Positions 49,021 through 60,834 of a DNA stretch of 64,000 nt are shown here, one piece after another. Position 1 is the stretch's first letter. The number at the start of each line of letters is the position of its first letter. The notes beneath the pieces were generated by a model that had not been told where the DNA came from, searched no databases, and saw only the letters and a list, made by a program, of their open reading frames with translations. The position numbers were made by a program, and so were the translations under genes. Source of the stretch: Mobula birostris (lineage: Eukaryota); NCBI RefSeq assembly GCF_030028105.1, contig NC_092379.1, positions 20,561,309 through 20,625,308 of the forward strand, given 5' to 3'.

Positions 49021-50209
49021 TAGGACATGGGAGCTGTAATCTGCATTTAATTCATGCTCTGTGTACCCTGAGGTGATTGATGGAATCCCTTTGAGGAAGA
49101 ATTTCTCAGATTTACAAGATAAATACTGATTCCATTGAATGACAGAGCAGAGAGTGAGGCCATTCATCCGATAGTGTCTGTGCTTCCCTTTAGCTGAGCA
49201 AACCCAATAAACCCATTGGTCTCTCTGCTCTTCCCTGTATCCCTACAAAAGGTGGACCTCCTCCTTTTCCCTCTCTACACTCACTATTGACCACCACCAT
49301 CATTCAGGCAGTGTGTTCTAGATCACAAACCTTCATCAACAAACCTTCCCTTAAATACTCGCCTATTCCACATTATTGACTTGAACGCTTCCCTCCCCAC
49401 CCCACCTGCACCACTCCCCACTCCCCCACCCACCAATGCAAGGCTGCCCGGAATGTGTGAAGGAATTGTGATTTCAATTCCCGGCCATACCTTTCCTGCA
49501 CGACGTCCCCACTGCCTTCCCAACTCCAAAATTCTTCCCACCGCACCCCACCTCCTCACCCATCAGGGAATAAAACTAAAACATTAATCCCATCAATTAA
49601 TCCTGGGATATCGCCGATACTTTTGCTGTATCGCAGGACGGACTTCACGCCGGACATTACATGATGGGACTGACACCCACCTGTACCCTGGAGATATTGA
49701 GCCATCAACCAGATCATACATGTGTACACCATTCCCTCAGATTATGTCTGAATCCCATTACCTTCAACATGAAAGCAGCCGACAGTAAAACCCGATCCCA
49801 ATAACTGGACACTGAACAGATCCATTGTTGTCACTGACAGGGAACAAGTTCAACTGCACTGCAACGCTCAGCCCCTGACCGTGGCTTCAGTCGGTGCTGA
49901 GGATCAGAAGCCAGACTTGAACCAAACACTGAGCTCACTCAGCACAATCGGCCGGTGTCAAGGCACAGTCTGGTGACAAGATCCGACCCCGTTCCCCTGA
50001 GCCTGTTCCCGGGTCTGTGCACAGTTCACTGGTGGGTGGGGTATGTACCCTTGTACTGTCACTGGGCTCTAGAGAAACCCGCCGGTTCGGGGAGATTCAT
50101 GTACTTGCTCTAAGTATCTCACTGATTTCAGGCGAATCACCAAATTCGCCAAAACCGTAAATAAATAAAATACTAGAGCGTGAAGATACAATTGAGAAGT
50201 TGGTCTTAC

Positions 50210-50519
50210 CTGAAGTCACTGTCAGCGAGGTTCCTCCGCCCCAGCCCTCGCACAGTAATAGGTGGCCGTGTCGTCCAGTCTCAGGTTGTTCATTTGCAGA
50301 TAGACGGTGCTGCTGTCCTCGGAAACTGTGAACCGGCTCTGGACTCCCGGCGCGTAGTACTTGTTACCACTATAAGCTATCCCTGCCAGCCACTCCAGCC
50401 CTTTCCCGGAGACCTGTTTCACCCAGCTCATGCCATTGCTGCTGAGGTCAGTCTGTGGGACTGCCCGGGCTTTACCACCGCTGACTCGGGCTGTGTCAGC
50501 ACGATGTCGGACCGCACGC
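50210..50519 (-). pseudogene. IgW: Pre-joined IgW V-J exon with two frameshifts
   Basis: Acceptor TTTATTGACAG|GC. Frame A: [25 protein letters not shown]. Frame B: [22 protein letters not shown]...[30 protein letters not shown]. Then GC, then frame C: [11 protein letters not shown] and donor G|GTAAGA. No RSS between V and J. Confidence 0.93.
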
Positions 50520-50630
50520 CTGTCAATAAAAAAAAGAGCAGAAATTAATAAAATGTTCCACGGGCAGAGGTTCACAAAGCCTCCGAGAAACAGCTGGTCC
50601 CGGGAGGGGGACAAGCCGCGGGACACCCAC

Positions 50631-50676
50631 CTGCCAGGCAAGACAGGAGGAGACAGAGATAAGGAACGACCCCCAT
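50631..50676 (-). CDS. IgW: IgW leader exon
   Basis: ATG...[16 protein letters not shown]|GTGGGT; 46 nt, phase 1; 111-nt intron to the V exon. Confidence 0.9.
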
Positions 50677-50764
50677 CGCCCTGAACACTGAGCCGGACTT
50701 GGACACTTTTGAGATCGGCGACTGCAGCTCAGGCCGGGTTTGTCCGGAGCCGCAGTGAGCGCTG

Positions 50765-50772
50765 TTTAAATA
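50765..50772 (-). promoter_or_regulatory. TATA-like box of the VH promoter
   Basis: TATTTAAA about 90 nt upstream of the leader ATG; no ATTTGCAT/ATGCAAAT octamer seen in the next 250 nt upstream. Confidence 0.6.
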
Positions 50773-51030
50773 GGGACATGGGCTGTGAGTGAGAGAGGGA
50801 GCCGCGGTTTGAACAGGCTCTCACACACTGAAACCAGAGGCGCAGCTTCCTGCCCCCACCCACAGCAGCGATTTCAATTCCCCAAAAGATGTTTGTCTCT
50901 GCAACCGGCGGCAGGTCAGCGGCAGTGACCAGATCCGGATTAAAGATCTGTCACACTCTGCTCGATCCATCAATTTCAGCGATGAACAGTTTGTGTAAAC
51001 TGAGACACACAGAATCTCAGCGAGAGAGAA

Positions 51031-51228
51031 TGAGACACAATTTGTCAGTGGGCAGATATGACCGAGAGACACCAGTCAATGGACAGGTATCCCCCAGAGA
51101 GACAGGGACTGAGAGACACCAGTCAGTGCACAGATACCACCCCCCCACCCCCCCAGAGACAGGGACTGAGAAACACTGGTCAGTGGACAGGGACGGAGAG
51201 ACACCAGTCAGTGGACAGTTATTCTCCT
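51031..51228 (+). repeat. Degenerate array of about five GAGACACCAGTCAGTGGACAG units
   Basis: Units begin near 51032, 51066, 51113, 51168 and 51198, with variable spacers, two containing cccc(c)agagac/agagagac agggact. Confidence 0.75.
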
Positions 51229-52139
51229 TAGGGACACAGACTGAGACTGTCTTTGCAGGAAAATGTATTTAGCAACAAAAAGAGTTACCACACAATCTTC
51301 TTACTGCACCCACTCCACTAGAATCAATGTTAAACGGAGATTCCTGGTGGAAATGGGTGGAATTTACACTTTTAAGATATTTTCTCTGTCAGGGACCAGG
51401 CACCATGAACTGCCAAGTCCTCAGCAGTTCTCCCCACAAAATCTCTTTGACCTGTTTCAGCCGGTGAGAGAAACAGGGTGTTTGATGCAGGGAACTCGGG
51501 AGCTGAAGCCACACAACAGAAGTCATTGTTGCTGGTAACAGAATGCTCCCCAGTAGATTGGCAGACAAGTGCGGCTGAACGGTCCGTATTGAAAGGAGAC
51601 TGATGGGGGTGTGGTGGTGGGGAGGGCATACAGGATGCAGATCAGCAAGGTGGGTAATTTTGATCACCCACCCTGGAGATGGGAATAATGTGTGTCCCAA
51701 ATTTTGCATCCTGGGTAAAGTATGAAGCGGGCTGATTGAATGACTCAGTAAGCCACAGCACCCCTCTCTCGAGGTGAATTGTCATCACTCAGCAGCTTTC
51801 ATGACGCCATGGCAAACCAGAGCGGGTTCTGCAAACAATGAAGTACCTTTTGAAGTGGAGTCTCTGTTGTGACGGAGGGAAGGTGGGACCCAAGTTACAC
51901 AGAGCAACCTCTCTGAAACAGCAATGAAGTACCAACAGATCAGATATTCTGTGATGCTGACTGAGGCATCAATGTTGGGACAGATAGTGGAGAACTTTCC
52001 AAACCTTTTATGTCCACCTGACACAACAACCTCACCATGGCACCAATCAAAATGGTGAATCTTTTTTTTTTTCTCCAAGAGGACCACAGCCTTGCTCTCG
52101 GGTTTGGAGGCTTGAAAGCCTCAGTGATCCCGAGATCTA

Positions 52140-55100
52140 TGTTGGCTTGAGTCAGGGCCTTGTGCTTTAGCTCCAGATAGGGTCACCCATGCCAAACAGG
52201 TCAAAAGGTAGAAGCCAGACTAAAAGAGATCCAGGTTCGGAGTTTCAGGTCAGGGTTAGTGAACCTGACTAGTCAAAATAAAAAATTGTGATTGTTACGA
52301 GATTCTCCCAACCACGCCAGCTTCCGGGATTCAGACTGTCTAACTCTCTGGAGTACAGATAGCTAGTTGCAGTCCCTTTACGGGTTCAGGATGATCCCAC
52401 TAATTGGAAATCATAACTTGGGTCCCAAGAATTGTATATTTAAAGAATACCTGAACTGATGTTGGGTGCTCAATCATAAGCCCTACTCATGATATCGTTT
52501 AGCATTTGTTTTGTGCTCAGTTTTCGATCCAGTTTGATACAGTGTCTTGATCTTTACTTCAGATATTCCAGCAAACCAACCTTGTCAAGGACTGTCTTCA
52601 CAGTTACGGAAACGGCAATGAAGAATCCTTCTACATCTGAATGTGATGGTATTCACTAGTCACCACCCGGGACTTGCATGGCTGACAGGAGTGAAAACTG
52701 AGAGGAAGCTACAGGCATGGTGAAGGGAGCCATGAACTTTGCCAATATCATGACCAAAAATGTTTTTTGCAATTGTCAAACCATGTACAACACTGGCAAG
52801 TTCACACAAACAACCACAGTAATGTGTCATTACAGGCAACATACACTGGCATCAGTGAAAGTAGTTCGACAGAGTTTGGCAGATGAAAAGCAGCAACTGG
52901 TGAAACTATTTTCTATGCAGGAAGACAAGATGGTCAGCATCATGATGGTGTAGCTGTCATTTTGAAGAAAGGCATTGATAAGTCCCCACTGGAGTGAAAA
53001 CCATTGAACAGTCGGCTGGTGAGAGTCAGGCTGAGAGTGAAGCAAGTGAACATGACTGTGATCCAGTGCTGTGCTCCAAATAACAAGAGTGATATTGAAG
53101 AAAAGGGCATCTTCTACAAACAGCAGAGATAGAGTTAACATCACGCCATGACATAATCATCATCATGGGAGATCTAAATGGCAAAGTGGAAAATACAACT
53201 CACACTTCACTAGGGTTATGGGTACATAGGGATGTAGAACGATCAATAACAATGGTGAAAGACTGGTGGAATTCTGTGCCATGAACTATCTGGTCACAGG
53301 AGGAACCCTCTTTCCGGACCACGAAATCCACAAACTGACATGGTGCTCACCCAGTGGACATGACAAGATCCAGATTGACCATTTGATGATCAATGGTACA
53401 TGGAGACGATGCTTGCAGGACGTAAAGGTGAAGAGAGGAGCAGATACAGGGAGTAATCACCACCACCATCTGTAATCCATTGGACAATGACTTTGGTGAG
53501 ACAAATGAGTGGTGCCACATCAATTGTTGCAATCACTTAGTGCTCCTTTCTTGGGGATCCTAACTCCCTTTGTCTAGTCCTTGGACACTTGTCCCCATTC
53601 ACAGATTGTTGTAAACAAAGGTTGCAGGAACCCAGTCACAGACCAAGTACTGTGCACACTGTGATATTTACTGAGTAGCAAATCCAGAGGGGCAACAAGG
53701 TCGGCATCAAAGTTCAGGCAGAGATCAAAAATTCCAGAGAAATCCAAAAACCAGAATCGGGACTGGAGCACATGGGGCATGAAAACAAACAAGAGCACAT
53801 GGCAATACAAAAGCACAGACTGATGGCGAGGGGGAAAACACACAAAAAGACAAAGTTCAATTGGAGGTACTGACAGACTGCTGCAACTTTTTGTTCAGCT
53901 TTGAACAGTTTGGCTTTCAAATTGTCATGTTCTGGAGCTTTGCCGTTTCTTAACGATTTAATCACAGTAACAATTGTTACGTACCCCGTAACTGGGTTGC
54001 CAAACCAGCAGAAATGGATCACTCAGTTGGAGTCTGGATTACTAGGACTAAGAAAGTTTTATTAAAGAAACAAGCAACACAGTACTCTAATCAAAAGGAT
54101 AATAAATGCAACAGTTCAGCAATGATAAACACAGCTGTGCACAGAATTAAGATAACAGGATCAATCAAGCTCTATCGTTGTCTAGGGGTAAATGACCAGT
54201 TTCAAAGTGACACAAAGTCCAGTTCAATTTAGTTCAGTTTGCAGTAACCTTTGCCATGGCGATGGACAGTGGTGGGGGGGGGGCGGGGAGAGAGAGCAAA
54301 ATGAATGAATATTCAACACAGCTTCCACACAGACCTTCACAGTCAGCTTTCGGGCGAGTCCTTTGTGATGTCTCTCTCTCTCTCCTGAAGACAGGTAGCA
54401 GACCAACTGCTGATCACACAGGACAGCGAACATCTTAATCTATGTGTATTCTTGTCACACTTCCCCCCTTTAAGGATTTTTACCGGGGGGGGGGTAAAAA
54501 TTACAAACATGAATACATTATTTGATACACACACAAATATACATCTTTATCAGCTATTTGGCTAATACAGTGAGTTTGAAGTTGTCAACACCTGACAGAC
54601 AGTCAGCCATCACATTTTCTGTTCCTTTTATACGTGTTATTAATAATCCCTTAGACCAGGCTCCAACTTAGCAAACTTCATAGTGGCCAAAAACACTGAT
54701 GAATTGTGATCAATGTAACCTCTCATTTGGTTTTGTCCCGGACCACAATAACAAGGGTCGTCCCATTCCGACTTAGTCTTCTCTCGCAAGGGCTTAGTGG
54801 GAGGGGGAGGGGTAGTGACCACAGAGTTATTGCAAAACTTCCTACAGTACCCCACCATCTCCAAGAGCCTTCTGAGGGCCCTCTTGTCTGTCGGGGTTTG
54901 GAGGTTAGCGATAGCCTGCACTGTAGCTTGTATCGCTGCCAGCTGCCCCTGTGTCACCACAATTCCCAGGTAAGTGACCTTCGTGTGGCTGAACTCATTT
55001 TTTTCACGGTTCACTCTCAAACTGGCTTCAGACAGCGGTATTAAATTGCCAATACACACCTCTGTGTTCGTCAGCCCTTTAGTCACTGAATTACTCATTC

Positions 55101-57730
55101 TATATGGTTGTTGCTTGCTAGGCTGACCTAACAGACACCACCCAACGTCCCAGTTCTTTGCATCACCTCGGGACAATCAAACACACGGGTGCGAGTCGTT
55201 TAATTACTTCTCCTAAAGAGTCGCTTTGTTCGGGGATTAAGGGAGAGAAGCAGACCTGGCCAAAACAATAGCCTTCTTCCATCTGGTGGATACCATACTC
55301 ATCTTTTCAAAATGGTTTTTTTCTCTTATCGGGGGGACCCTAGCTTCATTGATTTCCGCGCTAACCTGGACTAGGTTTGTTAGCATATCAAAAGCCTGTG
55401 ACCGTCTCAGTTCGCGTCGGTCATAATCAATAACATCCTTCCCCCTGGGCAGTCGGTAAACCTCTTTCATGATTCCACCAACTGTTCCCTCCAGTACCGC
55501 AAAATGTCCACCGGGGGGTACCTTGTGGGCCAGGTTAAAAACCTCATCCCCATAACTCTTTTGCACCCCCCCTCATTCCGCATCTGCAGGTACGGTACTT
55601 GGTCTCCCTTTCTTCCTTAGCGTTCCTCCTCCACCAAAACCATCAGCCCCTTGTCTCGCTCCTGCGTCTGCACAAATTCTTTCCTGGCTAATGTTACGTC
55701 CGTCCCAGCTCCCTCACTACCTCTTGCCTCACTACACTCCTTCTTTTCACTTTCTACCCCCTTCTCGTACAAGGCTGGCAGAAACGTCTCAGCTAAATTC
55801 ACTACCGCGGTCCCGTGATGAACCTGTGAGTCCATGGGCGGGGCCTCAGTGCTGGCAGGCTGACCTGTCAATCTCACGACTGGGAACACGATTCCCCCGG
55901 CGACATCATTACCAAGCAAGACTTCCACGCCTTTCATCGGTAATTCGGACCTCACCCCGATCGTGACTAGTCCAGAGACCAGGTTGCTTTGTAAGTGTAC
56001 CTGGTGCAAAGGGACTGACTCTGTCCCTTCCCCAACACCTTGGACCTTTACCTCCCCAGTCTGGGTCTCTGAGCTAAGCTCTAATACACTCTTCAGTATT
56101 AGTGGCTGACACGCTCCCGTGTCTCTCCAGATCCGCACTGGAACTGGTTTTAACCCCTCCTTTGCCGACACCAATCCGGCCGAGATAAACCTCTCGCGCC
56201 CTTCCTGAACGTTGGCAGACCTGTCCTTCCTTAGCGGTTCATTTACCAGCTCGGTACAGCCAGTCAAAATTGCTGTTTTTGCTTTTCCCATCTCCTTCTT
56301 TGGGGCAAAGCACCTGGTCACAAAGTGTCCGGCTTTCCCGCAATTATAACAGACGACCCCAGGAGACTTCCTGCCAGACTGCTCCCGGTCGGGTGAGTCC
56401 TCTGTGATGTCATCTGAGGTCACCAACTGTGACCCTTCCGTTTCCAGATACGATCGTTTCCCTGCGTTGAACCTGGCACCCAGGCAAGGGTGGACACACA
56501 CCAGGATCCCGCCAATCGTGCCTTTCCACCCTGAGCGTCTAAGGCTTGATCCCGCGATCAGCCATCCAAAAGCTTCCCACCGACTTCTGAGAGGTGCACC
56601 ACTTCCAGGGTCTCGTTACCTCGGGTGTCGTGTGTGTCCTGCCTTAGCGAACCTGTCCCTTTTTATCCCCCTGCTGGGGTATCGTCTGTCCATCACTTCA
56701 AACAGTTCAGGGTTCAAAGGGGGAGCCGCTCTTGACAGCTCTCCTTCCCCTTCATTACACATCTCCAAATGCTGCTCCATTGTTTTCCTTATCTCTCTCT
56801 CTCCTGAAGACAGGTGGCAGACCAACTGCTGATCACACAGGACAGCGAACATCTTAATCTACGTGGATTCTTGTCACACAATCTCTTCCTTCTTGAGTGG
56901 ATCTGCGTTGATATCAAGGTCCTCTGCGTCTATTCAGTAAATCTCTGAAATGCCCTGTCCATCATTCTTCGTGCATTTGTCAAAAGTAGACAGTTCTTAA
57001 CTCTCATGGGGCTACTAGGTCTGGCTTGGAACTTTCCACATACCAATTTTGAAATCGTGTATATATTTTCCTGATCACGTCAATTGGCTGCTGCTGTGGC
57101 CAGCATGCAAGGTCTTCCATGTAGACTCTTTTATCCATTCTTAAAAGCTCTTCACATTCTTGCTAGCTTCAGTGAATGCCAGTTGAAGTTTCACCTTAAT
57201 TTGTGTTGACTTTGCATCGAACACTTTCATCCTGATTTTTTATCTTTCTTCTAAGGCTGTCCCATGTTTCCTGCTGTATGCATTCTTTGTTTTTCTTTCC
57301 AGCTCTGTAATGTAGACAAGCCTCGCTGATCTCCTTGAACACTGACACAATCTGTTTCCACATCGTGTTGATCTTGTACACTGACACATCCTCGCCAAGG
57401 CCTGAAATCTGTTCTTTAAGTTGAATGATGACAGCAGGTCTCACACTGGTGTCCTTGAACTTCTCAACATCAAGACATCTTTGTACATGTGCTCTGGTCC
57501 CAGTGGTTCTCAGCATGAGTGCTTGAAGAAGGAGCAAGTTGGCTTCAGGAAGAATAGAGGCTCCGTCAACCAGATCTTCATGCTATGCAACATCACAGAG
57601 CAGTGCACAGAGTGGCAGAGACAATGATACATCAATTTCATGGACTTTGAAAAGGCTTCTGATAGCATCCACAGGGAGAGCCTCTGCTGAATTCTCAGAT
57701 CATATAGGATCCCTTCCAAAATTGTCCAGC
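52140..57730 (+). mobile_element. RTE-clade LINE with an inverted central segment and a nested LTR element
   Basis: Plus strand: endonuclease to ...QIDHLMI...DVKVKRGADTGSNHH (about 53463). Minus strand 53464-57520: linker, KAPEHD, PKKGALSDCNN, KVIVQWITD. Plus strand again: LKKEQVGFR...INFMDFEKA. Confidence 0.8.
53975..56878 (-). mobile_element. Internally deleted Ty3/Gypsy element with integrase-before-RT order (Gmr1-like)
   Basis: TSD CAAT at 53971-53974 and 56879-56882; full LTR 53975-54459 with adjacent PPT; 87-bp LTR remnant 56792-56878; CYNCGKAGHFVTRC; RDTGA; AHKVPPGGH; YLG...LRRLLEMVGYCRKF. Confidence 0.82.
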
Positions 57731-57774
57731 ATATCTTGAGTTTTCATTTCACGTTTGGATCAGGTAAAGTTCTA

Positions 57775-58100
57775 GTCATTGCATAACAGGAACGATGTGG
57801 ATGCTTTGGAGAGGGTGAAGAATGGATTCAGTTCAGTGTTGTTTGGATTGGAGCATATTAGCTGCAAGGAGAGGTTGGATAACCTTGGTCTGTTTTTGCT
57901 GGAGCTTTGGAGACTGTGGGATGGACTGACAGAAGTATGCAAATTTATGAGGAGCATAGACAGTCACAGCCTTTTTCTAGAGTAGAAACCTCAAATGCCA
58001 GCAGTTTCAGGTGAGGGGGAAATGTATAAATGAGATTTATGAAGCAAAATTTTGGTCGATATCTGGAGTGTGTTGCCAGAGGAATTGATAGCAGCATATA
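57775..58100 (+). mobile_element. CR1 3' fragment
   Basis: DVDALERVKNGF...KERLDNLGLFLLE. Confidence 0.65.
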
Positions 58101-59789
58101 AGACAACAAGATTGATCAATGAAGAACCAAGTGGTCCCATAAAATCCTAAAGTGGTCACTGGTGATGAGGTTATTTGGTGAGTAAGTGCCACTTTCCAAC
58201 ACTGTCAACTATGGCTCCCATCACTTTTCTGAAGATTGAGCAGATGAATTGGGCTATTATTGTCTAATTAGATTTGTCCTGTATTTTGAGAATGGACATA
58301 CTGGGCAATTTTTCCCATTCTTATGCAGATATCAATGTTGTATCTGTACTGGAGCAGTTTCGTTGGAACTATCAGTATAATGGCATTGGGCCAGAGCACA
58401 AATTTCCTACTTGCAGTGTAAATAAGCACTGCCATCAATCTGAGCCCATCTGTTTTCTTCCCATAGAAGACAATATTTAAGTTTGGTTCAAGTCAGCATT
58501 ATATTGTTAATTCCCAGAAGATAGATGTCTCCATGCTTGCAGGGACTCCTTCTCCCTTCAGAGTTTCAGTCACATTCGTCAATCCGCTTTTCAGTACTAC
58601 AAGAATTGTTTATTGATATTGGTCCCTGAATCAGAAAAATATTCCCATGCCTTGAGCAGCGAAGTTATTCTCTTTAGTAAGCCTATTTCCTCTGGAAGGC
58701 CCCCTGTTCAGATTAAGTCAAGCCACATCTCCTACAGGAAACTGAGAAGGAAATATCCCCTATATCGCTGCCCAGTTTCACCCACCTGTCAAGAATGAGA
58801 ATATGAAATGTGTTTCTGGTAAATCAACAGCTGCACACAGAGATTCTGTTCAAATTTACCCTGTGCACTGAGTGTCAGAAGGAGGTTGTTCAGCCCTCCA
58901 GTCTATTCCCTCTTAAGCTGACCTGTGTCCGAGCTCCATCTACCCTCCTTGGCTCCACATATTTTAATAATTGAACTCAAACAAAATTCTATTAATTTTG
59001 AAGTTTCAACTGACACCTCCTACCCCACCTCCCCAGTCTTGCACACTTCTCAGGGAGAGTTCCAGATTTCCAGTGCCCTGGATATCCTGAAGTAACAGAT
59101 TCTTTGTGTTATCTGCACCATCTTGAATGTTTTTTAACCTCCCGAATTACACTGGCCTTCAATTTTCCACACTTCAGGGAACAAGAGACCAGACTGAATA
59201 TTCTATCCCAGTCCCAGTAGCACTTCACTGTGCCTCGTCCACACAACCCATCTCCAAGGAAAACACATCCTTCCTGAGGGGTGATGCTAAGAATCACAGC
59301 CGGTGCACCAGATGTGGTCTCATTAGATCTCTACTCCATAGCAGTGTAATATCTACCCCTCTGTATCCCTGTTTTCCCCATTAACTGCACTACATTGAGA
59401 CTTTTAACTTAAATATGTCCTCAGGATTAATTAGAACCCAAACCTGCCAGTGGTCTCTCATCCAAAGTGAACGTATCACATTCCCTCTCTGTCCGCTGGG
59501 ATTAGTTAATCCTTTATGGAATCTGTGTCAGTCAGCTGACACAGCGGAAACAAGATCTCTCTTGAAACACAAACTCACTAAACAACAACCTCTATGACTG
59601 TGGGCAGTTTGCCTCCTTATGTTTCTCGCCACACCTGAGTATTTTCATATGTACCTGACTCAACCTATTGGCTTGTATTCATTACAGATTGTTTAAAACT
59701 TCCTAGTCTTACAGCTGTTAGATAAAAATCTCACTCACAGCTGGCTATCCCATTCCAGCTCCCACTGCCTCTGTCCCATTCTGAACTGA

Positions 59790-60710
59790 GATACGGGACA
59801 TGCTCCACTCTACTCTCTCTCTACACCCATGACTGTGTGGCTCAGCACAGCTCAAATGCCATCTTCACATTTGTCTGTTGTTGGCAGAATCTCAGATGGT
59901 GATGAGGAGGGGTACAGAAGTGAGCCAGATTGGCTGGTTGAGTGGTGAGACAATGATGACCTGAACTCAATGCCAGTCAGAGTAATGAATTGATTGTAGC
60001 TTTCAGGAAGGGAACATGGCGGGGGGCCGGGGGTGACATACACCAGGTATCATTGAGGGATCAGCAGTGGAAAGGGTGAGCAGCTTCAGATTCCTGGCTG
60101 TCAACATCGCTAAAGATCTATCCTGGGACCAACTTATTGATGAAATGACAAAGAAAGAGGTTACATTTCATTAGGAGTTTGAGATGATTTGGTGTTTCAC
60201 CAAATACTCCAGCAAATTTCTACAGATGTACTATGGAGCATTGGATGTGGTTGCCTCACCGTCTGGTACAGACAGGCCACTGCACAGGGTCAGAAAAAGC
60301 TGCAGAGAGTTGCAAACTCGGCCAGCTCCATCACGGGCACCATCTTCCCCAGCACTGAGGACATCTTCAAAAGGCAATGCCTCAAAAAGCCACATCCATC
60401 ATTAAAGACCCACATCATACCGGACATGTTCTCCTCTTATTACTACCATCAGAGAGGAGGTACAGGAGCCTGGAGACACACACTCAACATTTCAGGAACA
60501 GCTTCTTCCCCTCTGCCATCAGATTTCTGAACAGGGAATGAACCAACTTATGAACACTACCTCCTATTTTTGCTCTCGATTTGCATGTGTTATATATACA
60601 TGTATCTCATTGTAATTTATGGTTTTTATCTGTTGCACTGTACTGCTGCCACAACACAACAAATTTCACAGCATATGTCAGTGATATTAAACCTGCTTCT
60701 GATACTGATG
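59790..60710 (+). mobile_element. Rex1/Babar-type LINE 3' end
   Basis: LYSLYTHDCVAQHSSNAIFTF..., FRFLAVNI, CLTVWY...KKLQRVANSASSITG; tail cagtgatattaaacctgcttctgatactgat. Confidence 0.75.
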
Positions 60711-60834
60711 GGAGTGAAGGCAGAAACTAGTTGAGTCTGATGATCTGATATACCTGACCGTAGGTGACCGGTCTGGGCCCAACTGCTACCGCTGGGAAAC
60801 AACAGTTCCTGAGAAAGAGTTTGGGGTCGGGTGA

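Noticed and set aside
39500-50200. Leftover RSS-flanked D or J segments
   Set aside because: CACAGTG heptamers near 39515, 40118 and 40762 have no nonamer at 12 or 23 nt spacing, and no second WGxG motif was found.
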